Shown here: piece by piece, positions 27,491-35,964 of the stretch | Layout of the letters: each line of letters begins with the position of its first letter | Numbering within the stretch: position 1 is the stretch's first letter | DNA from: a virus | Virus record (IMG/VR): IMGVR_UViG_3300033047_000016 | Direction: 5' to 3' (one strand) | Length of the DNA stretch: 64,000 bases | The notes under the pieces: model-generated | Told to the model about the DNA's origin: nothing | Databases searched by the model: none | What the model saw: only the letters and a program-made list of their open reading frames with translations | Made by a program: the position numbers and the translations under genes

Positions 27491-27685
27491 TCAACCGTTA
27501 AAAACGATAAAGGCGTCGGTGACTTCGTTTTCTTCGTCAGTTTCAACATTCTTGCGAACTGAGAAGATAGAAATCGGACGGTCGCCAAATACGCTCACCC
27601 TGACCAGCAGAGAATCGTCTGCATCCATATCGTTCAGGACCGTCTTAAGGTCCCCAAGCGTCATTGCTTCATTAGAAATTGCCAT
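27491..27685 (-). CDS. Small acidic hypothetical protein
   Basis: 64-aa ORF with AGGAG RBS. Confidence 0.6.
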   Translation of the reverse strand: MAISNEAMTLGDLKTVLNDMDADDSLLVRVSVFGDRPISIFSVRKNVETDEENEVTDAFIVFNG

Positions 27686-27697
27686 GGTAGTCTCCTA

Positions 27698-28672
27698 TTA
27701 AGTTCTGGCGCGAACGCCCATCTGAATTCCGGCCAAGTCGGCTGGTAGCCACGTCGCTGCCGTATCAGGGTTTGTAAGGTATTCGTCCATATACCATTCA
27801 CCAAACAACCCAAGGGATATATCTGCCCCATCTTGCGTGGTTCCGCCCTCATACCTGAAGAAGTGGTTCATTGACGCCAAACCTGACGCCCCTCTTTGTG
27901 CGTGTGATTGAATAACTATCCGGTTAATAATGTCTCCACCAGATATGTTATCCAAGTTGCTGAGGCCAAAAGACACCCGCTCGTTAAGAACATCTGTTGA
28001 TACTCCCGTAGCAAGAGAATCATCCACAACACTGGCGACTGTTCCGTCCCACTGCTTAAATACACCAAATGATTGCGGCTTCAATTCACGCAGCCTAAAA
28101 CCACGCGTGTCTTCGTCCGCGACAATTATTTCTGAACCATATACAGTTGGCTCCACTGCGTCTATTGGGTTACTTATTTCCAATGACGTTGGGTTGGTTT
28201 TGCCGAGCGTATTAAGTACCGTTTGCTGGAACTGCAATGCACCGCCAACGTATGCACTAACACGGATATCTGTTGTCCCAGTAACAATTATTTCAACGTC
28301 TACGGTTATTGGTGTTCCATTGGGAATCAGCGTTCCGCCGGATTCCACCACCGTATCGCCTCTAGCAAAGAAAGACATCAGCGTGTTGTCTAGCTGCATC
28401 TGAAAAATGTCGTTGCTGCCAGCGTCTCTGACCGTTGCTATAGGTTGATCATATAGCGTTTGGTTGACAGCAGCTATATCGACCGTGACTACCCAGTGCA
28501 GCCACGTCGTAGTTCCGGCTGCGGCATCGAAACCTAATGAAGCGATCTTGCCTGCCGCAAGTTGATATGCTTCGGCAACGCGTGTGTTGTCGAACTTACT
28601 TCCATCGGTGGTCATAACCCCGCCGAACGTGGTTATATCAGCGCGCGATGTTGCTATTCGTAATATTGACAT
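27698..28672 (-). CDS. Virion structural protein (lectin-like beta-sandwich)
   Basis: 324 aa; C-terminal NP.T...W...DL...Q.G motif seen in phage adhesion proteins. Confidence 0.55.
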   Translation of the reverse strand: MSILRIATSRADITTFGGVMTTDGSKFDNTRVAEAYQLAAGKIASLGFDAAAGTTTWLHWVVTVDIAAVNQTLYDQPIATVRDAGSNDIFQMQLDNTLMSFFARGDTVVESGGTLIPNGTPITVDVEIIVTGTTDIRVSAYVGGALQFQQTVLNTLGKTNPTSLEISNPIDAVEPTVYGSEIIVADEDTRGFRLRELKPQSFGVFKQWDGTVASVVDDSLATGVSTDVLNERVSFGLSNLDNISGGDIINRIVIQSHAQRGASGLASMNHFFRYEGGTTQDGADISLGLFGEWYMDEYLTNPDTAATWLPADLAGIQMGVRART

Positions 28673-28681
28673 TATATGATC

Positions 28682-29023
28682 CTATGTTGTTATAGCATAC
28701 ATCGTAGTCGATGCTGCTGCAATGTTCCCACCACTGGCTCCTGTTCCGCCCATCAATTCGTATACAGAAAATAGTGATGAAGATATTCCGATGTTTCCGG
28801 GTACACCACCTCTTAGAACGAACACTGCCGTATATGGTACGATCACTCTGGGTAAATTTCCGCCACCAGCAACTGCATAAACGTATGTTCTATTGGTGTA
28901 TATTCTGTCTGGTGACGTTCCTGCCACCATATACATATTGGTACTTTGCGCAAACACAGCAAAGTCCGGGTCCGTGTTGGACGCTTGGACGATATAGTGG
29001 TTTAGGTTGAATACTTCAATCAT
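28682..29023 (-). CDS. Small repetitive beta-strand protein (partner of 27698 gene)
   Basis: Repeated ..Y.V.G segments. Confidence 0.5.
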   Translation of the reverse strand: MIEVFNLNHYIVQASNTDPDFAVFAQSTNMYMVAGTSPDRIYTNRTYVYAVAGGGNLPRVIVPYTAVFVLRGGVPGNIGISSSLFSVYELMGGTGASGGNIAAASTTMYAITT

Positions 29024-29064
29024 TGTGCCGCATCATGCCATATATCGTTATCATTTGCAAGTCA

Positions 29065-29149
29065 TGGTGGGCGGGTGAGGACTCGAACCTCTCCCTGTTA
29101 CAGTACGGCTTTACAGGCCGCTCATCGGAACCCCCGATTTTACCCGCCC
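29065..29149 (-). tRNA. trnY: tRNA-Tyr(GTA)
   Basis: CT-GTA-AA, long variable arm, A73-CCA. Confidence 0.85.
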
Positions 29150-29157
29150 ACGGGTAT

Positions 29158-29232
29158 TGGTACTAGGTAGAGGAATCGAACCTCATCCGCCCGGATCACG
29201 ACCGAGAATGCAACCGTTACACCTTACCTAGC
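29158..29232 (-). tRNA. trnH: tRNA-His(GTG)
   Basis: Loop TC-GTG-AT, cloverleaf, CCA. Confidence 0.78.
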
Positions 29233-29244
29233 ATAGTCCGGGCG

Positions 29245-30207
29245 TTAAGCCCGAACAATTCCTTCATACACGTCCTCAACGAAGTCGTCAATCCATACGC
29301 GGTCGGGCGCGGCAGAAAGTGGGGATTTATCCCCTATTGACTCCAGAATCTCAACTTTTTCGTCGAACGTGTCTAATATCTCGTCGATGTGCACCTCTCC
29401 GGCCCTGATTTTCATCAAGAATGGAAGGTTGACGCACGGAAATTCGATGAATCCGTGTTTGAACAACGAAATCCCTTGATCAGCGATGCGTACAGCGTGG
29501 TACATGGCTTTGCAGTCCATGCCACCAGCATCGCGCGCCGCCTTGGCTCTTTTACCTGCTTCGTCTACCGGTTTCTTGTAAATACGGTAGGCTTCAGCAC
29601 ACTTAACGGTTTCTGGGCACTGTCGCCCATATACATCAAGGTACGGTATGATGCGACCGTCTGGTTGCACCTTATCAACGAATTCTACTCCGTCGATGTC
29701 CTCAAGAGCACTTGCTATATCTGCAACCTTTTTGATCGTGCCATTGCTGTTTGCATACATGGCCAACAAAGCTACAACTGCTTCATACGTCTCCAAACGC
29801 TTGCCGCGCATCGAATATCTAACCGCCTGTCCCTTGCAATATCCAACGAACGCCTTTGAGTTGTTGTTGAGGATTTTGTCTCTATTCTGCACGATCCTGT
29901 CCCAAACCCAATTCTCTAGGATAAGTTGGAGTGGATCGGTTTCGATAAATAGCAGTTCAACCGGAATGGTCTGCATATCTGCTGCCAATTGCAGATAACG
30001 CTGAAGCTCAAAGCTCTCTACGTCAACATCGTCGGCGTCGTTTCGTGTCTCCTTCGATCCAGTAGACTGGCTCGTGATTAATGTTCTCTTCCCCAGAAGA
30101 ATTTGTCTTTTCGTGGGGAGGTGCACTGCTTTGTAGTCGCGATCTGAGTCTGCGGTATTTGTACCGTACAGGCGCGATCCTGCCAAGCATCTGAAAATCT
30201 CTGTCAT
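29245..30207 (-). CDS. DNA polymerase beta-superfamily nucleotidyltransferase (T4 NrdC.11 / RlaP-like)
   Basis: GSRLYGTNT..SD.DYKAV.LP, ELLF, KAFVGYC..QA..Y, DCKAMYHAVRI, L.KIR.G. Confidence 0.85.
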   Translation of the reverse strand: MTEIFRCLAGSRLYGTNTADSDRDYKAVHLPTKRQILLGKRTLITSQSTGSKETRNDADDVDVESFELQRYLQLAADMQTIPVELLFIETDPLQLILENWVWDRIVQNRDKILNNNSKAFVGYCKGQAVRYSMRGKRLETYEAVVALLAMYANSNGTIKKVADIASALEDIDGVEFVDKVQPDGRIIPYLDVYGRQCPETVKCAEAYRIYKKPVDEAGKRAKAARDAGGMDCKAMYHAVRIADQGISLFKHGFIEFPCVNLPFLMKIRAGEVHIDEILDTFDEKVEILESIGDKSPLSAAPDRVWIDDFVEDVYEGIVRA

Positions 30208-30477
30208 GGTGAAGCCCTTTCTATGTTGTGTAGGCGAGCAGTTTTACATGATGCCCAGCATAAGGTCAAAACAGAATTAACTGCCCTAACTCCACCACCA
30301 TGCCAAGTCTGGGGCATGGACCAAAGTTCCCGGTTACGCGTCCGGGGTGCATCTGACGTGTGCACCGCTCTGTTTATATCGCCGATCCGATTTTTTAAAT
30401 TACCCTCGAATTACAGGCTTACGGTCGGTTGTCAAGGGCGCTCCATTTAAAGTATGCGCCGCCGGTTCCGCAAAATA

Positions 30478-30885
30478 AGGTGAGGGATTCTGTTGCTAGG
30501 TTCCCTCGGACCCCCTCACTGATCGGCGTCTGCATTTAATCCTTACGGATTAAGCTGCGATTGCCATTCCAGTAGGTGCTGCATTTACATTTGCTGCATT
30601 TACTTAAGTTCACAGTCCTAAGACTATTTGCCCAGATAACGTTTAGGCCAACCCGACACGCCGCTTTCCCTATTCCATCCTGTCGATCCTAGTTCGCCCC
30701 CATCAAAAGACCCTTTCGAGGCATCGCCAGAATACCCCGCATGGAGCACCTAACCTCTTCCCTCTCCGCGAGAAACGGATGTGAGCGTAATGTCTCTCCC
30801 TCGTAAGGGCCTTATGGTGGAGGCGTCGGGTACTGCCCCCGAGTCCAGAAATGTCTTCACGATTGAAGATATACGTGTGTTTCGT
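30478..30885 (-). ncRNA. ssrA: Two-piece (circularly permuted) tmRNA; tag AANVNAAPTGMAIAA
   Basis: Acceptor piece ...GACTCGGGGGCAGTACCCGACGCCTCCACCA ends at 30815; coding piece starts GGGGGCGAACTAGGATCGAC at 30701 (G3-U70); tag ORF 30597-30550 ends AIAA-stop; AACCTAGCAACAGAA motif. Confidence 0.92.
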
Positions 30886-30940
30886 ACGAACCAATATAGA
30901 GTGATTCGTTTAGTATGTCAACCTCTGAAAAGCCTCAAAG

Positions 30941-31135
30941 CTACTCCGTCCCTTCGTTCGTCGGGCTGTGCGCGAACCGGTTATGGTATTCCGGTGGGAG
31001 GCAAACAATAAGCTTCGTACTCTTCAGAGGAAATGAGGTGTTCTTTCGACGCATCCCAAGACGACCGGATTTGCCAAATGGTTTCGTTTGATCCTTGCAG
31101 GGGCATTCTGTGGCACTTGGTCGCTTCTCATCCAA
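30941..31135 (-). CDS. Small hypothetical protein
   Basis: 64-aa ORF. Confidence 0.4.
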   Translation of the reverse strand: MDEKRPSATECPCKDQTKPFGKSGRLGMRRKNTSFPLKSTKLIVCLPPEYHNRFAHSPTNEGTE

Positions 31136-31204
31136 TGTACGCCTGCTTCATTTATTCCCGTGGCTAACTAATCTCCACGACTACGGTTCCCATCCTCATC
31201 GACA

Positions 31205-31849
31205 CTACGCGGCAGACCGCTGTGGAAACGTCCACATACGGATACTGCAAACTTCATCGGCATCGCGGCGCTTTATGCGGCGCATCGTCAATGCCATTTC
31301 CCGGTGACCTACGGCAGCTTCCAGAGCATCCTCTGCTTCAGGGATCGTATCCCATCCACCGCAGAAATAGCTCTCGGAGTGAAGGCCGTTGTTGGTTACC
31401 AGAAGTTCATGTCCTGCGAGCATTACATGATACACACGGTGCGCTTCGCCAGCGTATCGTGCAACCATGAACTCACCGTACACAGAGTCCGCTAGGAACT
31501 TGGCCGCAGCCAATCCGCGCGTTCCATCCAGAAGAGTAACAGCAATGCCGTGGTTCTTGGTGACCAGAACAGGCTGACCCCAACTCGGATGGTGAATACC
31601 ATACATGGCATCGTTTTCGACGCTGGAACCTATCCACAAAACTTTAGTGTTGAAGCCTGACACAGTCATAAGCTCGTCGCCAATTTCAATGTCTTCTACT
31701 GCGACCGTGCCGCCGTTAGGCGTTGACAGTCGGGTGCCTTCGGCAAAACAAGTTACTTCAGCATCATCGTGCCCGAAGCCGTTACCGTTGCCGTGTGACG
31801 TGTGGCCTACGCCGTTTCCATTATCGTGTCCATTACCAGACATGTGCAT
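31205..31849 (-). CDS. Hint-domain (bacterial intein-like, Hint_2) protein with short Gly/Asn/His-rich N-terminal peptide
   Basis: T|CFAEGT.L.TP.G...VEDI..GD...T, V.WIG, LVT.NH, VYHVML..HE....NG..SES. Confidence 0.85.
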   Translation of the reverse strand: MHMSGNGHDNGNGVGHTSHGNGNGFGHDDAEVTCFAEGTRLSTPNGGTVAVEDIEIGDELMTVSGFNTKVLWIGSSVENDAMYGIHHPSWGQPVLVTKNHGIAVTLLDGTRGLAAAKFLADSVYGEFMVARYAGEAHRVYHVMLAGHELLVTNNGLHSESYFCGGWDTIPEAEDALEAAVGHREMALTMRRIKRRDADEVCSIRMWTFPQRSAA

Positions 31850-31912
31850 TCCTCCAATCAGTTTCGATTGGGAGATACATAAGCATCCAGTTCAACGATG
31901 TCAAGAAATATT

Positions 31913-32065
31913 TGGTCCGGTGGCCGGAATCTAACCGATGAACCCTACTGGCGTGCACGCTTTTCAGGAACACTGCGCCAACCTGCCCGCTCGTTATACC
32001 ACGGAAAATGTGCACTTCCGCTTCTGAGAGGAATTTCAGGTGCTCTAACACTGAGCTACACCGGC
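31913..32065 (-). ncRNA. tRNA-like RNA with ~89-nt structured insert replacing the anticodon loop
   Basis: GCCGGTG-TA-GCTC-AGTGTTA-GAGC, CCTG..89 nt..TAGG, T-arm TCGG-TTAGATT-CCGG, CACCGG-ACCA. Confidence 0.7.
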
Positions 32066-32079
32066 ATAATGAGACTATT

Positions 32080-32155
32080 TGGTAGCGGGAGGTGGATTTG
32101 CACCACCGACCTTCGCCTTATGAGGACGACGAGATAGCTACTTCTCCACCCCGCA
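32080..32155 (-). tRNA. Initiator-like tRNA-fMet(CAT)
   Basis: 1:72 mismatch, GCGGGG acceptor, CT-CAT-AA, T-loop TGCAAAT. Confidence 0.82.
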
Positions 32156-32359
32156 ACAAAATAGTCTAAATAGACACCCAGCATCAATACTGGCGTATTA
32201 ATAAATATCCAGCCCCTCCACTCCGCAGAGCCATCACGCTGATATCATCCTCCCGACTTGAACCGGGCTTACCGACCCACGTGCCGTAGCGCCATGGGTG
32301 TGGTGTATTTGGGAACATAAGCTATATGGCCTGCCCTGTCAAGGGCGGTCGGTCTATTT

Positions 32360-33228
32360 AGTAGCCTGAGAATACAGCGTACAGTGAGAACCTTCTGGAC
32401 CGTACCAAACCCGTTTCACAGGGCATGTTAATCCTTCTTCCACATGCGTGCCGAAGCTACACACGTAGTCCTCAATGGTGCGATTTATAAAGGTCTCGCG
32501 TTTGACCTGTCACCATGTGCTACTCGTCTGTTGATCCTCCGCCTGCCTTCCGACAGTTATTCACCGCTAAGCGCTTACGTTTTCTCTTCAAACAAACATC
32601 GTCGCCTTGCGAGCTATGATGCACCGTGTTCCAAAAGGCACGGTATTAACCACCTTTCACACATGACCGAACTAGTCTTTTGCTTTTATATGACGTGAAG
32701 GATTTGAACCCTCTCCGACAGCGTTGAAAGCTGTTGCTCTACCAATGAGCTAACGAAGTTAACCCCAAAGATGTGCTAGTCCGATTGCTCCGAAGGTTTT
32801 TGACCCTAAGAATACAACACACCTCATGTCTTTCGGCTTGCGACCTAATTAACGGCTCTTCAGGTCTCCGGGGATTATCTCCCCTTATTCCCTTGAACTG
32901 CATGCTGCCCTCTGCCGCGAAGCATCGAACTAGTCATGCCACCTATTGATCATCATCGCTCGTCCGGCTGGCATGTCATGAGCGCAGTCGCCAAACTGCT
33001 TCTATCCACCCTTTTGGGGCTTCAATTATCCTTTCGGACACATGACCCAGACTTACCGACTATCGCCACTCTGGTAAGTGACGCACAACGCTACGGATAT
33101 TCCCGGCGTCGTCGATCTAGGCTTGCATAAATGGACTGTTTCCAGCGGATACTTGGGAAGCACCCTTTGGGCCTGTTGCCAGACTTACCCTTGAAGACCT
33201 CATGCGGCCTTATTCCCGAAGGAACTCC
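32360..33228 (-). ncRNA. GOLLD-like large structured RNA (~870 nt) with embedded tRNA-like domain
   Basis: Own promoter TTGACA-17-TAGAAC (33260-33232); ORF-free; many GNRA/UUCG hairpins; blocks GUGUGUUGUAUUC..GCACAUC, GCAAAAGACUAG, GAAAGGUGGUUAAUAC, CGUAAGCGCUUAGC, GAGUAG, GGUUCUCA..UAUUCUCAGGC recalled as GOLLD-like; tRNA-island context. Confidence 0.65.
32690..32759 (-). pseudogene. tRNA-like domain with TCA (opal-reading) anticodon inside the GOLLD-like RNA
   Basis: GCTC-ATTGGTA-GAGC, ACAGC-TTTCAAC-GCTGT, GAGGG-TTCAAAT-CCTTC; acceptor stem only 3 bp, no CCA. Confidence 0.7.
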
Positions 33229-33287
33229 TGTGTTCTACATCAACTGGAAAACCTTGTCAACAGTTAATTGCAGAAAATTCAAACTTT

Positions 33288-33812
33288 TTAATTTCGCATA
33301 AATTGGCTCGTGCCACCTTTCATCTTCAGGTAGATGGAGTTGAGCCATCTTTCCTGCTTCTCGCTTATCGTTGACCCCCTAACTTCGGCTCGGTTAGCCA
33401 TATCGTGAATGAACGCCGCCTCGTTGGTTTTCAAACTATTTGATTTTGCGTTACATTGGAACGCTTGGCTACGCCAACCGGGGATTGTTCCACCGGAATG
33501 ATATCCGTCTGGGTTGGCTGCAAAAGGGTCAACGTTCGGTTGCCCAGACAGGCCAGAGGGTTGCACGGACCTTACGTCCCGGTACACGATCTTCTCTTTG
33601 ACAATAATTCGATCACGATACACGATCTTTTCGCGATACTCGATACGAGTTGCTCCGCCTTGCATCTTGGCCAAGTCATGGAAGTCGAAATTCTGTGCCA
33701 CCAACAACCTCTGTATGCCTCGTGCTGCGGCTACCACCTCACCATCTTTGTCAGATGCTAGGAGAGGAATGAGCTTTTGCAGCTTAGTGTGACTTTTACT
33801 TGTCAGGTTCAT
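33288..33812 (-). CDS. Hypothetical protein
   Basis: 174 aa, AAGGAG RBS; KL..LLASD.DGEVVAAAR N-terminus and SEKQ.RWL..I C-terminus. Confidence 0.75.
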   Translation of the reverse strand: MNLTSKSHTKLQKLIPLLASDKDGEVVAAARGIQRLLVAQNFDFHDLAKMQGGATRIEYREKIVYRDRIIVKEKIVYRDVRSVQPSGLSGQPNVDPFAANPDGYHSGGTIPGWRSQAFQCNAKSNSLKTNEAAFIHDMANRAEVRGSTISEKQERWLNSIYLKMKGGTSQFMRN

Positions 33813-34309
33813 ATTGCTCTCCTTGTTGGTGTGTGAGAGTTATATAGAGGCGCGTTAGCGCCAAGTCAAGTGTAAATTGTCGGAGCATCGTATACGACAC
33901 TAGAATGAGTGGAGCAGTTTAACCGTACTCAGGGTATTCATCACCGCACGTGGTAAGTTACGCCGAGGCGCAGAAAGGAACTGTGGGCTGAACTGCGGGA
34001 CTTTACTACCACCAAATCCCGCTAGGTGGAACTCGATTAATAGGAAGGGTCTGGCCCAGATCGTCCTGTGGAGGGTCGTGGTTCTTTGGGTATGTATCTC
34101 ACGGTACTCTCCTTTTTGCCTTGAATTGGTTGCAGCGCCGCACTTATGTGTATTCCAAAACCGGTGGGGATCAGCCCTCGGCTGTGGCACATAGCCCGCG
34201 TTTTACCTGACGAATGTTACCATGGATTAGTCAGGACGCTGCGATTTGCCTTGAAGGAATTCGATGGTGTGTCTCACCTAAGCAAGTCCACACCACCAAA
34301 ACCCAATGG

Positions 34310-34762
34310 TTAGAAACTGTAGCCGACACGAATACTGAACAGATCAGTCGAAACGAAGTCAACGCGCGTATATTTCGCACCGATGAATACACCGTTGTCG
34401 AACTGATAGTCAGCACCGATAGACCCGGTCACCCCATCATCGAAGTTTGTGTCGCCGTAGCCAACGGCGGCATATGCCAGAACATCGCCGAAGTCGTATC
34501 CGACACTGATGTCGATATAGCTCAGCCCATCGTCGTTGATGTCGGACACACCAACTTCCACGCCACTTACGACGTTTCCATAGTCTTGACGATAACCAAT
34601 AAACAGTCCGCCAGTGGTGTCGTTGAACGTGTCGGCATCAACGTTGTTTGCTGAAGCTCCGACGTAAAGGCCCGTCCAATCTGTGGTGTCGGCTGTTGCC
34701 AGTGCAGGCATTGCCATGAGTGCTACAGCGGCTGCTGCGATCAGTAGAGTTGCTTTTTTCAT
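34310..34762 (-). CDS. Outer-membrane beta-barrel (porin/OmpA-like) protein
   Basis: Signal peptide, DWTGLYVG, G.F.GY..D.G..V.GVE, C-terminal RVGYSF. Confidence 0.85.
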   Translation of the reverse strand: MKKATLLIAAAAVALMAMPALATADTTDWTGLYVGASANNVDADTFNDTTGGLFIGYRQDYGNVVSGVEVGVSDINDDGLSYIDISVGYDFGDVLAYAAVGYGDTNFDDGVTGSIGADYQFDNGVFIGAKYTRVDFVSTDLFSIRVGYSF

Positions 34763-34833
34763 TGTTTGGTCTCCTATTTGTTTCATGTGTGTTGGTGTTT
34801 AAACCAACAACAATATCATGTCAATAGGAAATT

Positions 34834-34909
34834 TGGTCAGGGTAACTGGATTCGAACCAGCGCCGCTCCCTTCCGAGGGGAGTACTCTACCAGACTAAGC
34901 CATACCCTG
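34834..34909 (-). tRNA. trnP: tRNA-Pro(CGG)
   Basis: Canonical, CT-CGG-AA. Confidence 0.92.
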
Positions 34910-34913
34910 CTTA

Positions 34914-35255
34914 TTAACTCTTTGAGCCTTCGGGTTCAGTTGCTACTTCATTTTCGAATGGGCCAAAACCTAACGTGTTTCCAGTGTCTCCTATGCACAC
35001 CAGTCCATCGTTTCTAATGAACACATATGTGTAGCTCCCAGAGATTGGGTTTACCCAGAATTCAAATCCCATGATTCCATTGTTCTTGTATTTCAAACTG
35101 ACGCCGGACATGAGTTGGCGCTCGTTGTGTGGTTCACCGGATAACTCCGCCACCATAGCGTCACGATTGGGCCAACACCCATTTGGTATTGCTTGTGCGT
35201 TAGCTGATACAGCGGTGGCTCCGGCGATTATTATTGCAAGAATTAGGTTCTTCAT
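34914..35255 (-). CDS. Exported hypothetical protein (Rhodobacteraceae-type C..R..L...E...G...E.W....GSYT...G..C)
   Basis: Signal peptide, two Cys, AAGGAG RBS. Confidence 0.7.
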   Translation of the reverse strand: MKNLILAIIIAGATAVSANAQAIPNGCWPNRDAMVAELSGEPHNERQLMSGVSLKYKNNGIMGFEFWVNPISGSYTYVFIRNDGLVCIGDTGNTLGFGPFENEVATEPEGSKS

Positions 35256-35350
35256 GGTTCACTCCTTTCACTAAGATAGGATCAGTGTAGCACGATCTTC
35301 CGATCCTGTAAAATTGTGCGGCTTATGTGTGGGTCACTGCGCTCATAACT

Positions 35351-35436
35351 ACTACAACAGCGGGTATCGAAATCCGCGCCTCCGGGCTAAAATGCAAATG
35401 CTGGTCCCAGCGATCTTCCACTAATCCATGTTGTAG
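35351..35436 (-). pseudogene. Degenerate tRNA-like element with 19-nt anticodon loop, no CCA
   Basis: CTACAACA/TGTTGTAG acceptor, GATT-AGTGGAA-GATC D-arm, CTGGG/CCCGG stem, TTCGAT T-loop. Confidence 0.5.
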
Positions 35437-35616
35437 TGCTTCCGTCCAATGTAGTCCAGAGCATACTCATCTGCCTTATCTCTTCTGTTCACCAACACCG
35501 CCTGTCAGGCGTTTCACCTGCTCAACGGTTTTTAAGCTTTTGCATTGTTACGTTGTTGATTTCTCTGAAGCCTTATCTCAGGTTTTCTGCCCCTTTTCCA
35601 AAGGACTTCCACGGTC

Positions 35617-35964
35617 TTAACCGGAGACAATGATCGTGTATCCCCTTATCGTATGTATTCCTAACGTAACCGGCTTGTTCCAGCCTGCACGTTTCGCCTC
35701 TTTCATGGAGGCGAAGAAGTCTAAATCACACATGACCGCCGCCATTGAGTTTCTTTCGGCGTAGTCGTGAATGTTTACGCGTTTGGGCCACGGTACCGGT
35801 CGAAATGGCATTATATCGAACGCTGGCCACCAACGATTTTGAATTCCAAATACCCCAGACCAAAAGCCGTCTTCGTCTTTCTTTGTTAAGCCTAATTCGT
35901 GGACGTAAATGTTATTTTGATGAACATCTACCGGTCTGTTTTTCTTATCCAGATAAATCCTCAT
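35617..35964 (-). CDS. Hypothetical protein
   Basis: 115 aa, AAGGAG RBS; F.S..EA.RAGWNKP motif. Confidence 0.7.
   Translation of the reverse strand: MRIYLDKKNRPVDVHQNNIYVHELGLTKKDEDGFWSGVFGIQNRWWPAFDIMPFRPVPWPKRVNIHDYAERNSMAAVMCDLDFFASMKEAKRAGWNKPVTLGIHTIRGYTIIVSG

Noticed and set aside
31948-32036. Group I intron in the tRNA-like gene
   Set aside because: Only 89 nt and no recognisable P7/core elements.
32690-32759. tRNA-Sec
   Set aside because: Has a UCA anticodon but no long variable arm, no 8-bp acceptor and no extended D stem; no sel genes seen.
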